Origin: Eubacteriales bacterium
Lineage (GTDB): Bacteria; Bacillota; Clostridia; Oscillospirales; UBA644
Length of the DNA: 64,000 bases
NCBI GenBank assembly: GCA_045637625.1
Contig: JAZTZU010000040.1
Coordinates: 38,474 to 102,473 of the forward strand
Direction: 5' to 3'
The notes below the pieces were generated by a model. The model saw only the letters and a program-made list of their open reading frames with translations, had not been told where the DNA came from and did no database searches. Shown here piece by piece: positions 35,088 through 45,699 of this stretch. Each line of letters begins with the position of its first letter. The first letter of the stretch is position 1. The position numbers were made by a program, and so were the translations under genes.

Positions 35088-35603
35088 GTGATTAAAAAAA
35101 GCTTTTTATATTCTCTGTGCTTTCTCCTTCTTTTTTTTGTTGAAGCAGTGCTTCGCCCTGTGACAGTATTCGGGGTATCGCCGCAATATGTGCTGTGCGG
35201 AATCGCAGCCATCGGAATTTGGGAAAAAGAACGGTTTGGAGCGATATTCGGACTTATTTTCGGACTTTTATGCGATTTTGCAAGCGGATCGGCTTTCGGC
35301 TCTCAGGCTCTTGTGTTCATGATAACGGGCATAGTTGCAGGATTGCTGGCGGAAGTCACGCTGTCAAAGGGGCTTGTCAGCACATTGCTTATTGCAGAAG
35401 CATCTATTATCATTTTCGGAGGTCTAAGAGGCTTTTTCTACATAATTTTGAATGACGCAGATCTGATATCAGTACTGTTATATATCATGCTTCCGAAAAT
35501 ACTTCTTTCCATACCGTTTGCAATACTTATATATTTTATGATAAAATTCATCTACTGGTACACATCCCCTGACCGAGAAAGGAAACGGAAAAGACAATGG
35601 TAG
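35088..35603 (+). CDS. mreD: rod shape-determining protein MreD
   Basis: 171-aa polytopic protein directly after mreC, overlapping the PBP2 start. Confidence 0.8.
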   Translation: MIKKSFLYSLCFLLLFFVEAVLRPVTVFGVSPQYVLCGIAAIGIWEKERFGAIFGLIFGLLCDFASGSAFGSQALVFMITGIVAGLLAEVTLSKGLVSTLLIAEASIIIFGGLRGFFYIILNDADLISVLLYIMLPKILLSIPFAILIYFMIKFIYWYTSPDRERKRKRQW

Positions 35604-37633
35604 AAAAAAGACCCCGCATTTATGTGGTTTTTGCCATTTTCATCTTAGTTTGCGCAGTATTTGTTCTTCAGCTTATAAAACTCCAGCTCATTGACGGAGA
35701 GGAGTATGCAGAGCGTTCGAGGAACAGTGTTATCACAAAAACCGCAGTTAAAGCCTCACGAGGAGATATTCTCGACAGATACTGTTCCCCCATAGTTCAG
35801 AGCGAAACGGTAATGACTGTTGAGATCGACCGCTCCGCTGTAAAATCTCTGAACGTACAGATAGGTGACCTGATCAGAATTTTTGATAAAACAGGCGATG
35901 CTTATTACGATACTTTCCCCATATCAAAAACAGAACCATATATTTACAACGAGAATTTTCTGGCAAGTGCCTCGAAAGTGAAAGCTTTCAATAAATATCT
36001 TTCAGCAAAAAAAATAGACTCAAACCTCACAGCTGCAGATACAGTAAAAGCCTTGATAAAATACTACAAGCTGACGGACCTTCCCGTTGAAGAGGCATTG
36101 AAAACAGTAGCTGTCAGATACGAAATGGAAGCAAGAGGTTCAACAAACTATTATACTTTTGCAAGTGAAATATCCATCGAAACAGCGACCATAATCAAAG
36201 AAAACGGTGAAGATCTTCCGGGTATATACATAAATGTGGAGCCCGTCAGAACATACACAGAAGAATATTTTGCCTCTCATATCATCGGAAATGTCGGCAT
36301 AATTTACGCGGAAGAATATGAGACACTTAAATCTCAGGGATACTCTTACGATGATTATGTTGGTAAGGACGGTATTGAAAAATACGCGGAAAAATATCTG
36401 CGCGGAACGAACGGATACAGGTACATTGTCCGTGACGCAACAGGAAGTGTTGTTGACACCATAGAAGATATTGCGGCAACACCGGGAAATGATGTGATAC
36501 TCACCATATCCAAAGATATGCAGAAAGTCACGGAGCAAAGTCTTGAAAAGATCGTTGCAATGCTGAAAGCCCAGAACGGTGAAGAGGCTGCGACCTCGGC
36601 AACTGCAATTTTTATGGATATAAACACAGCCGAGATACTCTCAATGGCATCATACCCGACATACAATCTCGAAACATACAACCAGGATTTTTCATACTAT
36701 ACAAACAGCGGTCTCCGACCCTATGTAAACAGGGCAATCTCAGGTCTTTATCCTCCGGGTTCAACGTTCAAAACAATCGTTTCGGTTGCGGCCTTGGAAG
36801 AAGGAATTATTGAACCTGATACAATATTCCTCTGTGAAGGTAAATATACCTACTACGAAACATATCAGCCCTCATGTTATCTCTACAGCCAATACGGCTT
36901 GACACACGGAAAAATAACCGTTAAAGAGGCTCTTATGAAATCCTGCAACTGCTTCTTTTTTGATGTGGGAAGACAGCTTACCATTGAAAACATATCGAAA
37001 TACGGCAAACTGTTGGGATTCGGAGAAAAAACGGGAATAGATCTTTACGGAGAAAGCAAAGGTATCCTTGCAAGCCGTGAAAACCGTGAATCTGCAGGTG
37101 AACAGTGGCAGTACGGCGAAACACTCATGGCTGCTATCGGTCAGTCAGATAATGCGGTAACTCCCCTTCAGCTTGTAAACGCAATAGCAACAATTGCAAA
37201 TGGCGGGACAAGATATAAACCCCATATAATAAAAGCCGTAAGAGACCGTGAAAACGGAGAGCTTATCATGGAAACAGAGATTGAAGTTCTTGAACACATC
37301 GACCTTAAATCATCTACAGTTGCCGCAATAATCGAGGGACTCAGGTTAAACGTTGTATCAGGAGGTTCCGCTTACGACGGATTCAAAAACTTCGATGTTG
37401 TAACAGTCGGTGTAAAAACAGGTACCGCGGAAGTTTCAAACGGACTGCCGACAGCACTTATGGTAGGCGTTGCTCCCATAGAAAACCCTCAGGTAGCTTT
37501 TGTTGTAGTAACCGAAAACGGCGGAACAAACGCAGCTGCAATCAACGCAGAGCTTGTAAAAGACGTATTGTCTTACTACTTCAGAGCCGATAACAGCGAT
37601 GAAGCAACAACTTCGGGTTCCCTCATACAGTAA
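35597..37633 (+). CDS. mrdA: penicillin-binding protein 2 (elongation transpeptidase)
   Basis: N-terminal TM segment, RGDILDR dimerisation-domain motif, and STFK (PPGSTFKTIV), SCN and KTGTA transpeptidase motifs. Confidence 0.9.
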   Translation: MVEKRPRIYVVFAIFILVCAVFVLQLIKLQLIDGEEYAERSRNSVITKTAVKASRGDILDRYCSPIVQSETVMTVEIDRSAVKSLNVQIGDLIRIFDKTGDAYYDTFPISKTEPYIYNENFLASASKVKAFNKYLSAKKIDSNLTAADTVKALIKYYKLTDLPVEEALKTVAVRYEMEARGSTNYYTFASEISIETATIIKENGEDLPGIYINVEPVRTYTEEYFASHIIGNVGIIYAEEYETLKSQGYSYDDYVGKDGIEKYAEKYLRGTNGYRYIVRDATGSVVDTIEDIAATPGNDVILTISKDMQKVTEQSLEKIVAMLKAQNGEEAATSATAIFMDINTAEILSMASYPTYNLETYNQDFSYYTNSGLRPYVNRAISGLYPPGSTFKTIVSVAALEEGIIEPDTIFLCEGKYTYYETYQPSCYLYSQYGLTHGKITVKEALMKSCNCFFFDVGRQLTIENISKYGKLLGFGEKTGIDLYGESKGILASRENRESAGEQWQYGETLMAAIGQSDNAVTPLQLVNAIATIANGGTRYKPHIIKAVRDRENGELIMETEIEVLEHIDLKSSTVAAIIEGLRLNVVSGGSAYDGFKNFDVVTVGVKTGTAEVSNGLPTALMVGVAPIENPQVAFVVVTENGGTNAAAINAELVKDVLSYYFRADNSDEATTSGSLIQ

Positions 37634-37679
37634 AAAGCAAGAATTTCAGAGAAAAAAATCGAAATATTTAACAAAAGAC

Positions 37680-37708
37680 TTGATTTTAATCGCAAAATCA
37701 TATATAAT
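37680..37708 (+). promoter_or_regulatory. putative minD promoter
   Basis: TTGATT (37680-37685), 17 nt, TATAAT (37703-37708). Confidence 0.5.
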
Positions 37709-37782
37709 GTAAGGTGCAATGTTGTTTTTCAAAAAAGAAAAGCAGAGAGAAAAAAAGATATACAGCATCGGAGGCGGGACAT

Positions 37783-38529
37783 TTGGGAAGAATAATAACT
37801 GTAATTTCAGGAAAAGGCGGAGTAGGAAAATCGACCTTTTCAGCAAACGCAGCAGCATATCTTACAACAATGGATAAAAAAGTTCTGCTTGTTGATGCTG
37901 ACATAAATATGAGCAATCTTGATATCATAATGGGTATTCAGGATGAAGTCCTTTTCAACGCATCAGATATTGTAAATAAACGCTGTGACAAACAGAAAGC
38001 TGTTATCAAAAATGTTTTTGATAATCTGGATTTTCTTTCAGGGGCAATAGGACCTAACGATGATCCGACAGAAGTGATCAACGGAATGTGCGAGCTTCTG
38101 AAAGGCATGAAACATGATTACGATATCATTCTCATCGACTGTCCGTCGGGAATTGACTCAACAGTAAAAGCTTTGGCTAAAATTTCCAATGCTTCCGTTG
38201 TAATAACAACTCCGGATATTACCGCAATAAGAGATGCAGGAAGAGCTGCGACAATGATATACGGTGAAAAGACTGACGATGTCCGTCTTGTTGTAAACAG
38301 AGTAAGACCAAAACTCATTGAAAAAGGACTTGCCCCGGACATTGATGAAATAATTGATAACACAGAAGTCAGACTTCTCGGACTCATTCCCGAAGATATA
38401 AAGATCCAGATATATTCAAACAAAGGAATCATCTCACCGGATATCAGGAAATCCCGTTCAGCAAAAGCCTTTGAAAACATAGCTGCAAGAATCGTCGGAC
38501 AGGATGTACCTCTGTATAAATTCTGGTAA
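37783..38529 (+). CDS. minD: MinD-like ParA-family ATPase (no MinC/MinE partner in window)
   Basis: TTG start 8 nt after GGAGG (37770-37774). Deviant Walker A SGKGGVGKST...LLVDADI. 248 aa, ending ...VPLYKFW without an obvious amphipathic membrane-targeting tail. Confidence 0.75.
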   Translation: MGRIITVISGKGGVGKSTFSANAAAYLTTMDKKVLLVDADINMSNLDIIMGIQDEVLFNASDIVNKRCDKQKAVIKNVFDNLDFLSGAIGPNDDPTEVINGMCELLKGMKHDYDIILIDCPSGIDSTVKALAKISNASVVITTPDITAIRDAGRAATMIYGEKTDDVRLVVNRVRPKLIEKGLAPDIDEIIDNTEVRLLGLIPEDIKIQIYSNKGIISPDIRKSRSAKAFENIAARIVGQDVPLYKFW

Positions 38530-38562
38530 ATGACTGAAAATATAACGAAAGGTGGTAAAAAA

Positions 38563-38997
38563 ATGATAACTATCGCTCTTATGGCGCATGATAAAAGAAA
38601 AGAACTGATGGTTCAGTTTTGTATAAATCATTGCAGAACACTTGCAAAACATAAAATATTCGCAACAGCAGTAACAGGGAAAGTTGTCAGAGAAGCCACC
38701 GGATTAAATGTTGAAAAGCTTATGGCAAGATCGAACGGAGGCTCGCAGCAGATAGCCTCTATGATCGCAAACAATGAGGTCGATTTTGTAATCTATTTCA
38801 GAGATACTGCTCATTCGGGAAACGATTCCGACGATGATTCAAATCTCCTCAGAATATGCGATGTGCATAATATTCCCGCAGCCACAAATATCGCCACCGC
38901 AGATATAATAATAAGAGCTCTTGAAATGGGCGAATTTGAGTTTAAAGATGTTTACGGTCTTTCGCTCAGAAAAAACAGTGAATACTACACAGAATAA
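38563..38997 (+). CDS. mgsA: methylglyoxal synthase
   Basis: MITIALMAHDKRKELM...ATAVTGKVV...GGSQQIASMIANNEVDFVIYFRD...HNIPAATN. AAAGGTGG RBS. Confidence 0.9.
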   Translation: MITIALMAHDKRKELMVQFCINHCRTLAKHKIFATAVTGKVVREATGLNVEKLMARSNGGSQQIASMIANNEVDFVIYFRDTAHSGNDSDDDSNLLRICDVHNIPAATNIATADIIIRALEMGEFEFKDVYGLSLRKNSEYYTE

Positions 38998-39013
38998 AAA
39001 AATAAAACTCAGC

Positions 39014-39044
39014 GCAGTAGACAGCCGTATTTTCTGTCTGCTGC
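39014..39044 (+). terminator. possible terminator hairpin after mgsA
   Basis: GCAGTAGACAG / CTGTCTGCTGC, 11 bp with one G-U pair. No clear U-tract. Confidence 0.35.
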
Positions 39045-39116
39045 TGCGAAAATTGATAAAGCAGTAAAACAACGAATTTAAATATATGCCGTCAGGCACA
39101 TGAAAGGGTAATTACC

Positions 39117-40373
39117 ATGGCAGTTAAAGCACCAAGAGGAACTCATGACGTTCTCCCCTCAGACTCCTATAAATGGAGATACGTAGAAGAAACAGCGGAC
39201 AGAATTTGCCGTTCCGCAGGCTACAAAGAAATAAGATTCCCCACATTTGAAGAAACAGAACTCTTCCAGAGAGGCGTGGGCGATACAACAGACATCGTGC
39301 AGAAAGAAATGTACACATTTACGGATAAAGGCGAAAGATCTTTGACTCTCCGTCCCGAAGGTACAGCTTCAGCAGTAAGACTTTGCGTTGAAAACGGTCT
39401 TCTCACAGGAGCTCTTCCCGTAAAAGCGTACTATAAGATCACTGCATTCCGCTACGAAAAACCTCAGCAGGGCAGATACAGAGAATTCAATCAGTTCGGC
39501 ATGGAGCTTTACGGAGCTTCCGCACCCACAGCAGATGCTGAAATGATCAGTCTTGCAGAAGATTTCATAAAAGCCCTCGGTATCAAAGGTGCAAAATTGA
39601 GAATAAACTCCATCGGTTGTCCCGAATGCAGAAAAGGCTACCACAAAGCTTTGCAGGAATACTTCTCCCAGTACAAGGAAGAACTTTGCGAGACATGCAA
39701 CACCCGTCTTGAAAGAAACCCCATGAGAATCCTTGACTGCAAGAGCCCAATCTGCAAAAACATCACTAAAAACGCTCCCATTATCACAGACTTCCTTTGC
39801 GATGACTGCCGTGCACATTACGAAGAGCTGAAAACACTTCTCAATAACTGCGGCACAGAATACGAAGAAGATCCCGGTATCGTAAGAGGTCTTGACTACT
39901 ACACAAGAACAGTATTTGAACTTATTCACGATAAAACAGGTCTTGCACTTCTTGCAGGCGGTCGTTATGACGGTCTTGTAAAAGAAATCGACGGAAAGAT
40001 GGATGTTCCCGGAATCGGTTTTGCAAGCGGTCTTGAAAGACTCGTTTCCGTTATGGAAGAAGAAGGTCTTTCTTTCGGAACAGAACCAACCACAGATCTT
40101 TACATTGCATCCATCGGTGAGAACGCTCTCAGATGTGCTTCCGCTCTTGCAAGAAAGCTCAGAAATTGCGGTATAAATGTTGAAACAGACATTATGGCTC
40201 GCTCTCTCAAGGCTCAGATGAAATATGCTGATAAGATTACTGCAAAATATTCAGTTGTAATCGGTGACAGCGAAACAGAAAACGGTGAAGCAGAACTGAA
40301 AAATATGCTTACCGGAGAAAAACAGAAAGTTAAGCTTGACGAATCTCTTGCTATAATAATCAAAAAAGGTTAA
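39117..40373 (+). CDS. hisS: histidine--tRNA ligase
   Basis: PRGTHDVLP...LRPEGTASAVR...FRYEKPQQGRYREF...GGGRYDGL-type motifs. Confidence 0.95.
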   Translation: MAVKAPRGTHDVLPSDSYKWRYVEETADRICRSAGYKEIRFPTFEETELFQRGVGDTTDIVQKEMYTFTDKGERSLTLRPEGTASAVRLCVENGLLTGALPVKAYYKITAFRYEKPQQGRYREFNQFGMELYGASAPTADAEMISLAEDFIKALGIKGAKLRINSIGCPECRKGYHKALQEYFSQYKEELCETCNTRLERNPMRILDCKSPICKNITKNAPIITDFLCDDCRAHYEELKTLLNNCGTEYEEDPGIVRGLDYYTRTVFELIHDKTGLALLAGGRYDGLVKEIDGKMDVPGIGFASGLERLVSVMEEEGLSFGTEPTTDLYIASIGENALRCASALARKLRNCGINVETDIMARSLKAQMKYADKITAKYSVVIGDSETENGEAELKNMLTGEKQKVKLDESLAIIIKKG

Positions 40374-40454
40374 ACCCTGATACATCCTTAAGATTATACA
40401 AAACAAAGACACAAATCTGACGATAAGATAATTTAAAATAAAGAAGGTAGAATT

Positions 40455-42227
40455 ATGGCTTATATAAACAGAACCGATTACTGCGGAAATTTCAACGCAA
40501 ATGACATCGGCAAACAGATTACCGTTGCAGGTTGGGTACAGAGAAGAAGAGTTCTCGGCGGTCTTATTTTCATTGACCTTCGCGACAGAACAGGTATTCT
40601 TCAGCTCACATTTGACGAACAGCTCAACAAAGAACTTTTTGATATTGCATATACTCTCCGCTCCGAAGATGTTATCACAGCATCCGGTACAGTAAGAAGC
40701 AGAGGCGAAGGCGCCATCAACAAAAATCTACCCACAGGTGAAATAGAAGTTCTTGCAGACACACTCAAAGTTCTCGGAAAAGCTGAAACTCCGCCCTTTG
40801 AGATCGTTGAAAACTCCAACTGCAACGAAGAACTCCGACTCAAACACAGATATCTGGACCTCCGTCGTCCCGATCTCCAGAAAAATATTCTTTTCAGACA
40901 TAAAGTAACAAAGGTTACAAGAGACTATTTCGATGAAAACGGATTCATTGAAATTGAAACTCCCATGCTTATCAGATCCACACCCGAAGGTGCAAGAGAC
41001 TATCTTGTTCCCAGCCGTATTCACAAAGGTGGATTCTACGCACTTCCCCAGTCACCCCAGCTTTACAAACAGCTTTCAATGGTTGCAGGCTTTGACAGAT
41101 ATATGCAGATTGCACGCTGCTTCAGAGACGAAGACCTCCGTGCAGACAGACAGCCTGAATTCACACAGATCGACCTTGAAATGTCCTTCGTTGACGTTGA
41201 AGACGTTCTTAAGATCGGTGAAGGTTTCATCCAGAGAGTATTCAAGGAAACTCTCGGTGTAGATATTCCCCTTCCCCTGCCCAGACTCACATACAAAGAA
41301 GCTATGGAACGCTTCGGTTCAGACAAGCCCGACACACGTTACGGAATGGAAATCGTAAACATTTCCGACCTCGTTAAGGATTGCGGATTCTCAGTATTTT
41401 CATCCACAGTTGCAAACGGCGGCAGCGTTCGCGGTATAGTTGCAAAAGATGCAGCAGGAATCCTTACAAGAAAAGAAATTGATAAGCTGACAGAATACGT
41501 CAAAGGTATCGGCGGTAAGGGTCTTGCATGGATCAGAAGAACAGCTGACGGAGACACCTCTTCCTTTGCAAAATTCATGAGCGAAGACGAAATGAACGCT
41601 ATCTACGAAAAAATGAACGTAGAAAAAGGCGACGTTGCAATGATCATCGCTGACACAAACAACAACCACGTTCTTTCCCAGCTCGGTCTCCTCAGAATCA
41701 AAACAGCAGACAGACTTCAGCTCAAACTCGAAGGATTCAATCTCCTTTGGATCGTTGAATTCCCCTTCTTCGATTTCGACGAAGATACTCAGACATACGT
41801 TGCAATGCACCATCCCTTCACATCTCCCATGGATGAATGTCTTGAATACCTCGAAACAGATAAATCAAAGGTTCGCGCAAAAGCGTACGACCTCGTTCTT
41901 AACGGTATCGAACTTTCAAGCGGTTCTATCAGAATCACAGATCCAGAACTCCAGAACAGAATGTTCAAACTTCTCGGTCTCAGCGAAGAAGAAGCCCACC
42001 TCAAATTCGGATATCTGCTTGACGCATTCAAATACGGCGCTCCTCCTCACGGCGGTATGGGTATCGGTCTTGACAGACTCGTTATGCAGATGCTCCAGTG
42101 CGACAGCCTCCGCGATGTAATTGCTTATCCGAAGGTTCAGAATGCTTCGGAACTCATGACAATGTGTCCTGCGGAAGTAGATCCCAAACAGCTCGAAGAA
42201 CTCCATATTCAGCTGCTCGACAACTAA
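40455..42227 (+). CDS. aspS: aspartate--tRNA ligase
   Basis: GWVQRRRVLGGLIFIDLRD...FRDEDLRADRQPEFTQID...GGMGIGLDRLVM. Confidence 0.95.
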   Translation: MAYINRTDYCGNFNANDIGKQITVAGWVQRRRVLGGLIFIDLRDRTGILQLTFDEQLNKELFDIAYTLRSEDVITASGTVRSRGEGAINKNLPTGEIEVLADTLKVLGKAETPPFEIVENSNCNEELRLKHRYLDLRRPDLQKNILFRHKVTKVTRDYFDENGFIEIETPMLIRSTPEGARDYLVPSRIHKGGFYALPQSPQLYKQLSMVAGFDRYMQIARCFRDEDLRADRQPEFTQIDLEMSFVDVEDVLKIGEGFIQRVFKETLGVDIPLPLPRLTYKEAMERFGSDKPDTRYGMEIVNISDLVKDCGFSVFSSTVANGGSVRGIVAKDAAGILTRKEIDKLTEYVKGIGGKGLAWIRRTADGDTSSFAKFMSEDEMNAIYEKMNVEKGDVAMIIADTNNNHVLSQLGLLRIKTADRLQLKLEGFNLLWIVEFPFFDFDEDTQTYVAMHHPFTSPMDECLEYLETDKSKVRAKAYDLVLNGIELSSGSIRITDPELQNRMFKLLGLSEEEAHLKFGYLLDAFKYGAPPHGGMGIGLDRLVMQMLQCDSLRDVIAYPKVQNASELMTMCPAEVDPKQLEELHIQLLDN

Positions 42228-42238
42228 GTAACATTTCA

Positions 42239-42273
42239 GATAAAGTAGGTATGCGTATTATATCTACTTTATC
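42239..42273 (+). terminator. possible terminator hairpin after aspS
   Basis: GATAAAGTAG / CTACTTTATC 10-bp stem with a 15-nt loop. AT-rich but no clean U-tract. Confidence 0.35.
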
Positions 42274-42314
42274 AAGTATAAATTAAGACAAAACTCATTT
42301 AGGAGGAACTTTCT

Positions 42315-43349
42315 ATGATATCGGTTTCCGGACTTACCAAACGGTACGGAAAGAAGATTGCCGTAAACAATGCAAACTTCACCATAAACCGCGGCGACAT
42401 AGTAGGTCTTCTCGGGCCGAACGGTGCGGGAAAGACTACAACAATGAACATGATAACCGGCTACATATCATCTTCCGGAGGTAAAATAACCATCGGAGGT
42501 TACGATATTTTGGAAAATCCCAACGAAGCCAAGGCAAAGATCGGTTATCTCCCCGAACAGCCTCCCCTTTACCACGACATGACCGTAAAGGAATACCTCA
42601 ACTTTGTTTATAACCTCAAAGGCTGCTCAAAAAAAGAAAATGTAAAAATAAAAAGCGAACACATAAGAGAAGTGTGCGAAGTTGTAAAGATCACAGACGT
42701 TTACAACAGAATGATCAAAAACCTTTCAAAGGGTTACAAGCAAAGAGTAGGTCTTGCACAGGCTCTTATCGGAGACCCGGAGATACTCATCCTTGACGAA
42801 CCTACCTCAGGTCTTGACCCCAAAGAAATAGTTGAGATAAGAAACCTGATCAAACGTCTCGGAGCAAGAAGAACAGTAATTCTCAGTTCCCATGTTCTTT
42901 CCGAAGTTCAGGCGATCTGCGAAAGAATTATCATAATCAATGAAGGTTATGTTGTAATGGACGCACTTACGGATGAGCTTTCCGAAAATATGGGTCCCAA
43001 CAGCCGTTACGGTATCCGCCTTGCAGCACCCGAAGAAGATGATGTTGCAGGAGTACTCGGTTCCCTCATCGGCGTTTCAAAGGTCGAATATGTCGGAAGC
43101 TACGAAAAAGGCACCAGAGATTTCATCGTTGAAGCGGATAAAAATGTCGATATACGCAGAATACTCTTTGACGAATGTGCAAAGAGAAACTGGTATATCC
43201 TGATGATAACACCTCTTGGCATGTCCCTTGAAGATATATTCATCCAGCTCGTAAACAAAAACTCCGAAGCTAAACAGCTGGCGGATAAAAAAGAAGTTCC
43301 CGAAGAAGTAAAGGAGGAGATCGCAGATGACAGCAATACTGAAGCGTGA
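42315..43349 (+). CDS. ABC transporter ATP-binding protein (GldA-like, ABC-2 type)
   Basis: GLLGPNGAGKTT Walker A, LSKGYKQRVGLAQAL signature, ILILDEPTSGLD Walker B. Confidence 0.9.
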   Translation: MISVSGLTKRYGKKIAVNNANFTINRGDIVGLLGPNGAGKTTTMNMITGYISSSGGKITIGGYDILENPNEAKAKIGYLPEQPPLYHDMTVKEYLNFVYNLKGCSKKENVKIKSEHIREVCEVVKITDVYNRMIKNLSKGYKQRVGLAQALIGDPEILILDEPTSGLDPKEIVEIRNLIKRLGARRTVILSSHVLSEVQAICERIIIINEGYVVMDALTDELSENMGPNSRYGIRLAAPEEDDVAGVLGSLIGVSKVEYVGSYEKGTRDFIVEADKNVDIRRILFDECAKRNWYILMITPLGMSLEDIFIQLVNKNSEAKQLADKKEVPEEVKEEIADDSNTEA

Positions 43350-44031
43350 ACTTGTGGCGTTCTTTAAGAACCCCATCGGTTATTTCGTAATAATGATCTA
43401 TGCATTCCTTTCGGCTATAGTTTTCACACTGTTTGTAGTGTGGCAGAACACAAGCTACCTCGGCAACTATTTCGGAATGTGGCTTTTTGTCGTGGATATT
43501 GTAGTAATCGCAATATTATCCATGCGATTTTTCAGCGAAGAGAAGAAAAACAAAACAGATCAGCTGCTGCTGACCTCTCCGATAAGTCTTTACTCTCTTG
43601 TTGCGGGAAAATTCCTCGGCGCATACATAATACTCCTTATATGCACAGCACTTAACATCGTTTATGTTTTGATAATTGATGCTTTCGGTGTCATGGACTA
43701 CGGTTCATTGCTGACAAATACAGTAGGAACACTCCTTATTCTTGCGGCAATGACATCTATCGGCATTTTTATCTCATCACTCACAGATAACCAGATTGCA
43801 GCGGCTGCAGGATCTTTTGCAGTACTTTTCATGATGATGATAATTGATTTCTTTGCAATATTCATGCCCACATGGCTTGCAAAAGCAATAATCCACCTGA
43901 ATATCTATTCCCAGTATGAAGATTTCACAAACGGTGTCATCAGTCTGCCCCCTGTTATCTACTACCTCAGCGTTACGATCATTTTCCTGTTCCTTACAGT
44001 AAAAGTTATCGAAAAACGCCGCTGGAACTGA
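43327..44031 (+). CDS. ABC-2 type permease (GldF-like)
   Basis: 234 aa with 6 hydrophobic segments. Overlaps the ATPase gene by 23 nt. Confidence 0.8.
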   Translation: MTAILKRELVAFFKNPIGYFVIMIYAFLSAIVFTLFVVWQNTSYLGNYFGMWLFVVDIVVIAILSMRFFSEEKKNKTDQLLLTSPISLYSLVAGKFLGAYIILLICTALNIVYVLIIDAFGVMDYGSLLTNTVGTLLILAAMTSIGIFISSLTDNQIAAAAGSFAVLFMMMIIDFFAIFMPTWLAKAIIHLNIYSQYEDFTNGVISLPPVIYYLSVTIIFLFLTVKVIEKRRWN

Positions 44032-44064
44032 TCTTTCGGCCAAATGTAAGAAAGGAATGATGAT

Positions 44065-45699
44065 ATGAAAAAGGACAAAAACGAAAATGTTCAGGAAACT
44101 GAAGTTCATGAACTTTCAGAAGTTGAAATCAAATCAAATGTTCAGCTTTCCGCAGACCTTGGTCAGCCCCAACAAAAAGTAAAGATCAACACAAAAAAGA
44201 TAAAATATAACTCCCTCACAACAGTTTCAACAGCTCTTATTCTTGCGGTAATAATCCTCATTAACGTAGCTGTAGGACTTGCGGGAGAAAGATTCAATCT
44301 CAGCATTGACCTTACGGAAGAAAAGGTATTCACCCTTGACTCCGAAACTATCGAATATCTTAAAACTGTTGACTCCCCTGTTGAACTCATAGTTGTAGGC
44401 GAAGAACAGGCCTACAGTACCGCAGTTTCAGCATCCAATGCAATTTCACCGGAACGATATGTCTACGAAACTCTCAACAACTATGCACGAGAAAACGAAA
44501 ACATAACGATCCACTATATTGACCCAAGATATAACCCATATTTCTTCAAATCAAGAGGAATTTCACTCAACGACGGTACTGAAACAGCCGAAAATATTTT
44601 CCTTGTTGTATACAGTCCCGAAACAAAGAGATTCCGTTACATCAAGGACACTATCTTTGAAGATCTCCAGTACGTTGGTCTTGAGAGACGTGTTACATCC
44701 GGTATCCTCTACACAACAAAAGAAGATATCCAGACAGTTGCATTCATCAAGGGACACGGAGAAAGCGATCATGCTTATTTCCAACAGACCCTTATCGAAA
44801 ACGGATTTGATGCAAAACTTATAAACATCCAGGATTTTGACACTCTCATGGGCTATGATATCGACATTCTTGTTATCGCAAACCCCACAAGAGACTACAG
44901 TGTCGACGATATCAACAAAATTGATGAATGGCTTTCAAACAATGAAGAACTGGGTAAACACCTCATGGTATTTACAGACCTTAACACGGGCGCAAATAAA
45001 TATCTTGAAGAATATCTCCTTGAATGGGGACTTTCACTCGGTACTGAAAGTATTTTTGATACAAGCAACAGCTATACTTTCACAAATGCGGTATATCCCC
45101 TGCTTAAAGTTCAGTACGGTGAAGCAACTTCCGTTATAGCGGAAGAACTTGCAACAGGAAACTACAACCAGTTCATTCAGCTTGGTACGGCAAGAGCTGT
45201 ATATGCAGAATTTGAAAACAAAGACGCAAAGAAAACTTACCCAATGATAGTTACTGCGGATACTGCTTTCTCAAGATTTACAACATCTACAAATCTGAGC
45301 TCCTCAGACTGGAAAAACTTCAAAAAACAGGAAGGCGATACTGTAGGTCCCTTCAATCTGTCAGTTCTCTCACAGAAAACAAGATATGAAGGCACTACCC
45401 CGTATTCCTCAAGCGTTTACCTCTGCGGCTCAACCTCATTTATCGATGATTACTTCATGAGTAACATCGACGGCAACAACAAGCAGACAGCAGAATACAT
45501 GATAAAACTCATCAAATACCTTGTTTCTTCAACTCAGGGTTATGATACTGAAATTCTGCCCACTCAGCTGATATTCAGTTCTCTCAACTTCACAGAGACA
45601 TATCAGATCACAGCAGTATTCCTCGGACTCGTATTCGGTATACCCCTCGTATTTGCGGTCATCGGAATAATTGTCCACAGGAGACGTAAATTCTTATGA
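44065..45699 (+). CDS. GldG-like ABC-transporter auxiliary protein
   Basis: N- and C-terminal TM anchors flank a large extracytoplasmic domain. Its position after GldA/F-like genes matches the ABC-type uncharacterized transport system architecture. Confidence 0.65.
   Translation: MKKDKNENVQETEVHELSEVEIKSNVQLSADLGQPQQKVKINTKKIKYNSLTTVSTALILAVIILINVAVGLAGERFNLSIDLTEEKVFTLDSETIEYLKTVDSPVELIVVGEEQAYSTAVSASNAISPERYVYETLNNYARENENITIHYIDPRYNPYFFKSRGISLNDGTETAENIFLVVYSPETKRFRYIKDTIFEDLQYVGLERRVTSGILYTTKEDIQTVAFIKGHGESDHAYFQQTLIENGFDAKLINIQDFDTLMGYDIDILVIANPTRDYSVDDINKIDEWLSNNEELGKHLMVFTDLNTGANKYLEEYLLEWGLSLGTESIFDTSNSYTFTNAVYPLLKVQYGEATSVIAEELATGNYNQFIQLGTARAVYAEFENKDAKKTYPMIVTADTAFSRFTTSTNLSSSDWKNFKKQEGDTVGPFNLSVLSQKTRYEGTTPYSSSVYLCGSTSFIDDYFMSNIDGNNKQTAEYMIKLIKYLVSSTQGYDTEILPTQLIFSSLNFTETYQITAVFLGLVFGIPLVFAVIGIIVHRRRKFL

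Noticed and set aside
38998-39116. T-box leader upstream of hisS (and likewise upstream of argS, aspS and thrS)
   Set aside because: The spacers are only about 41-119 nt. I saw no T-box consensus (AGGGTGGNACCGCG-like) or specifier/antiterminator architecture. The hisS spacer is mostly the mgsA terminator-like hairpin.
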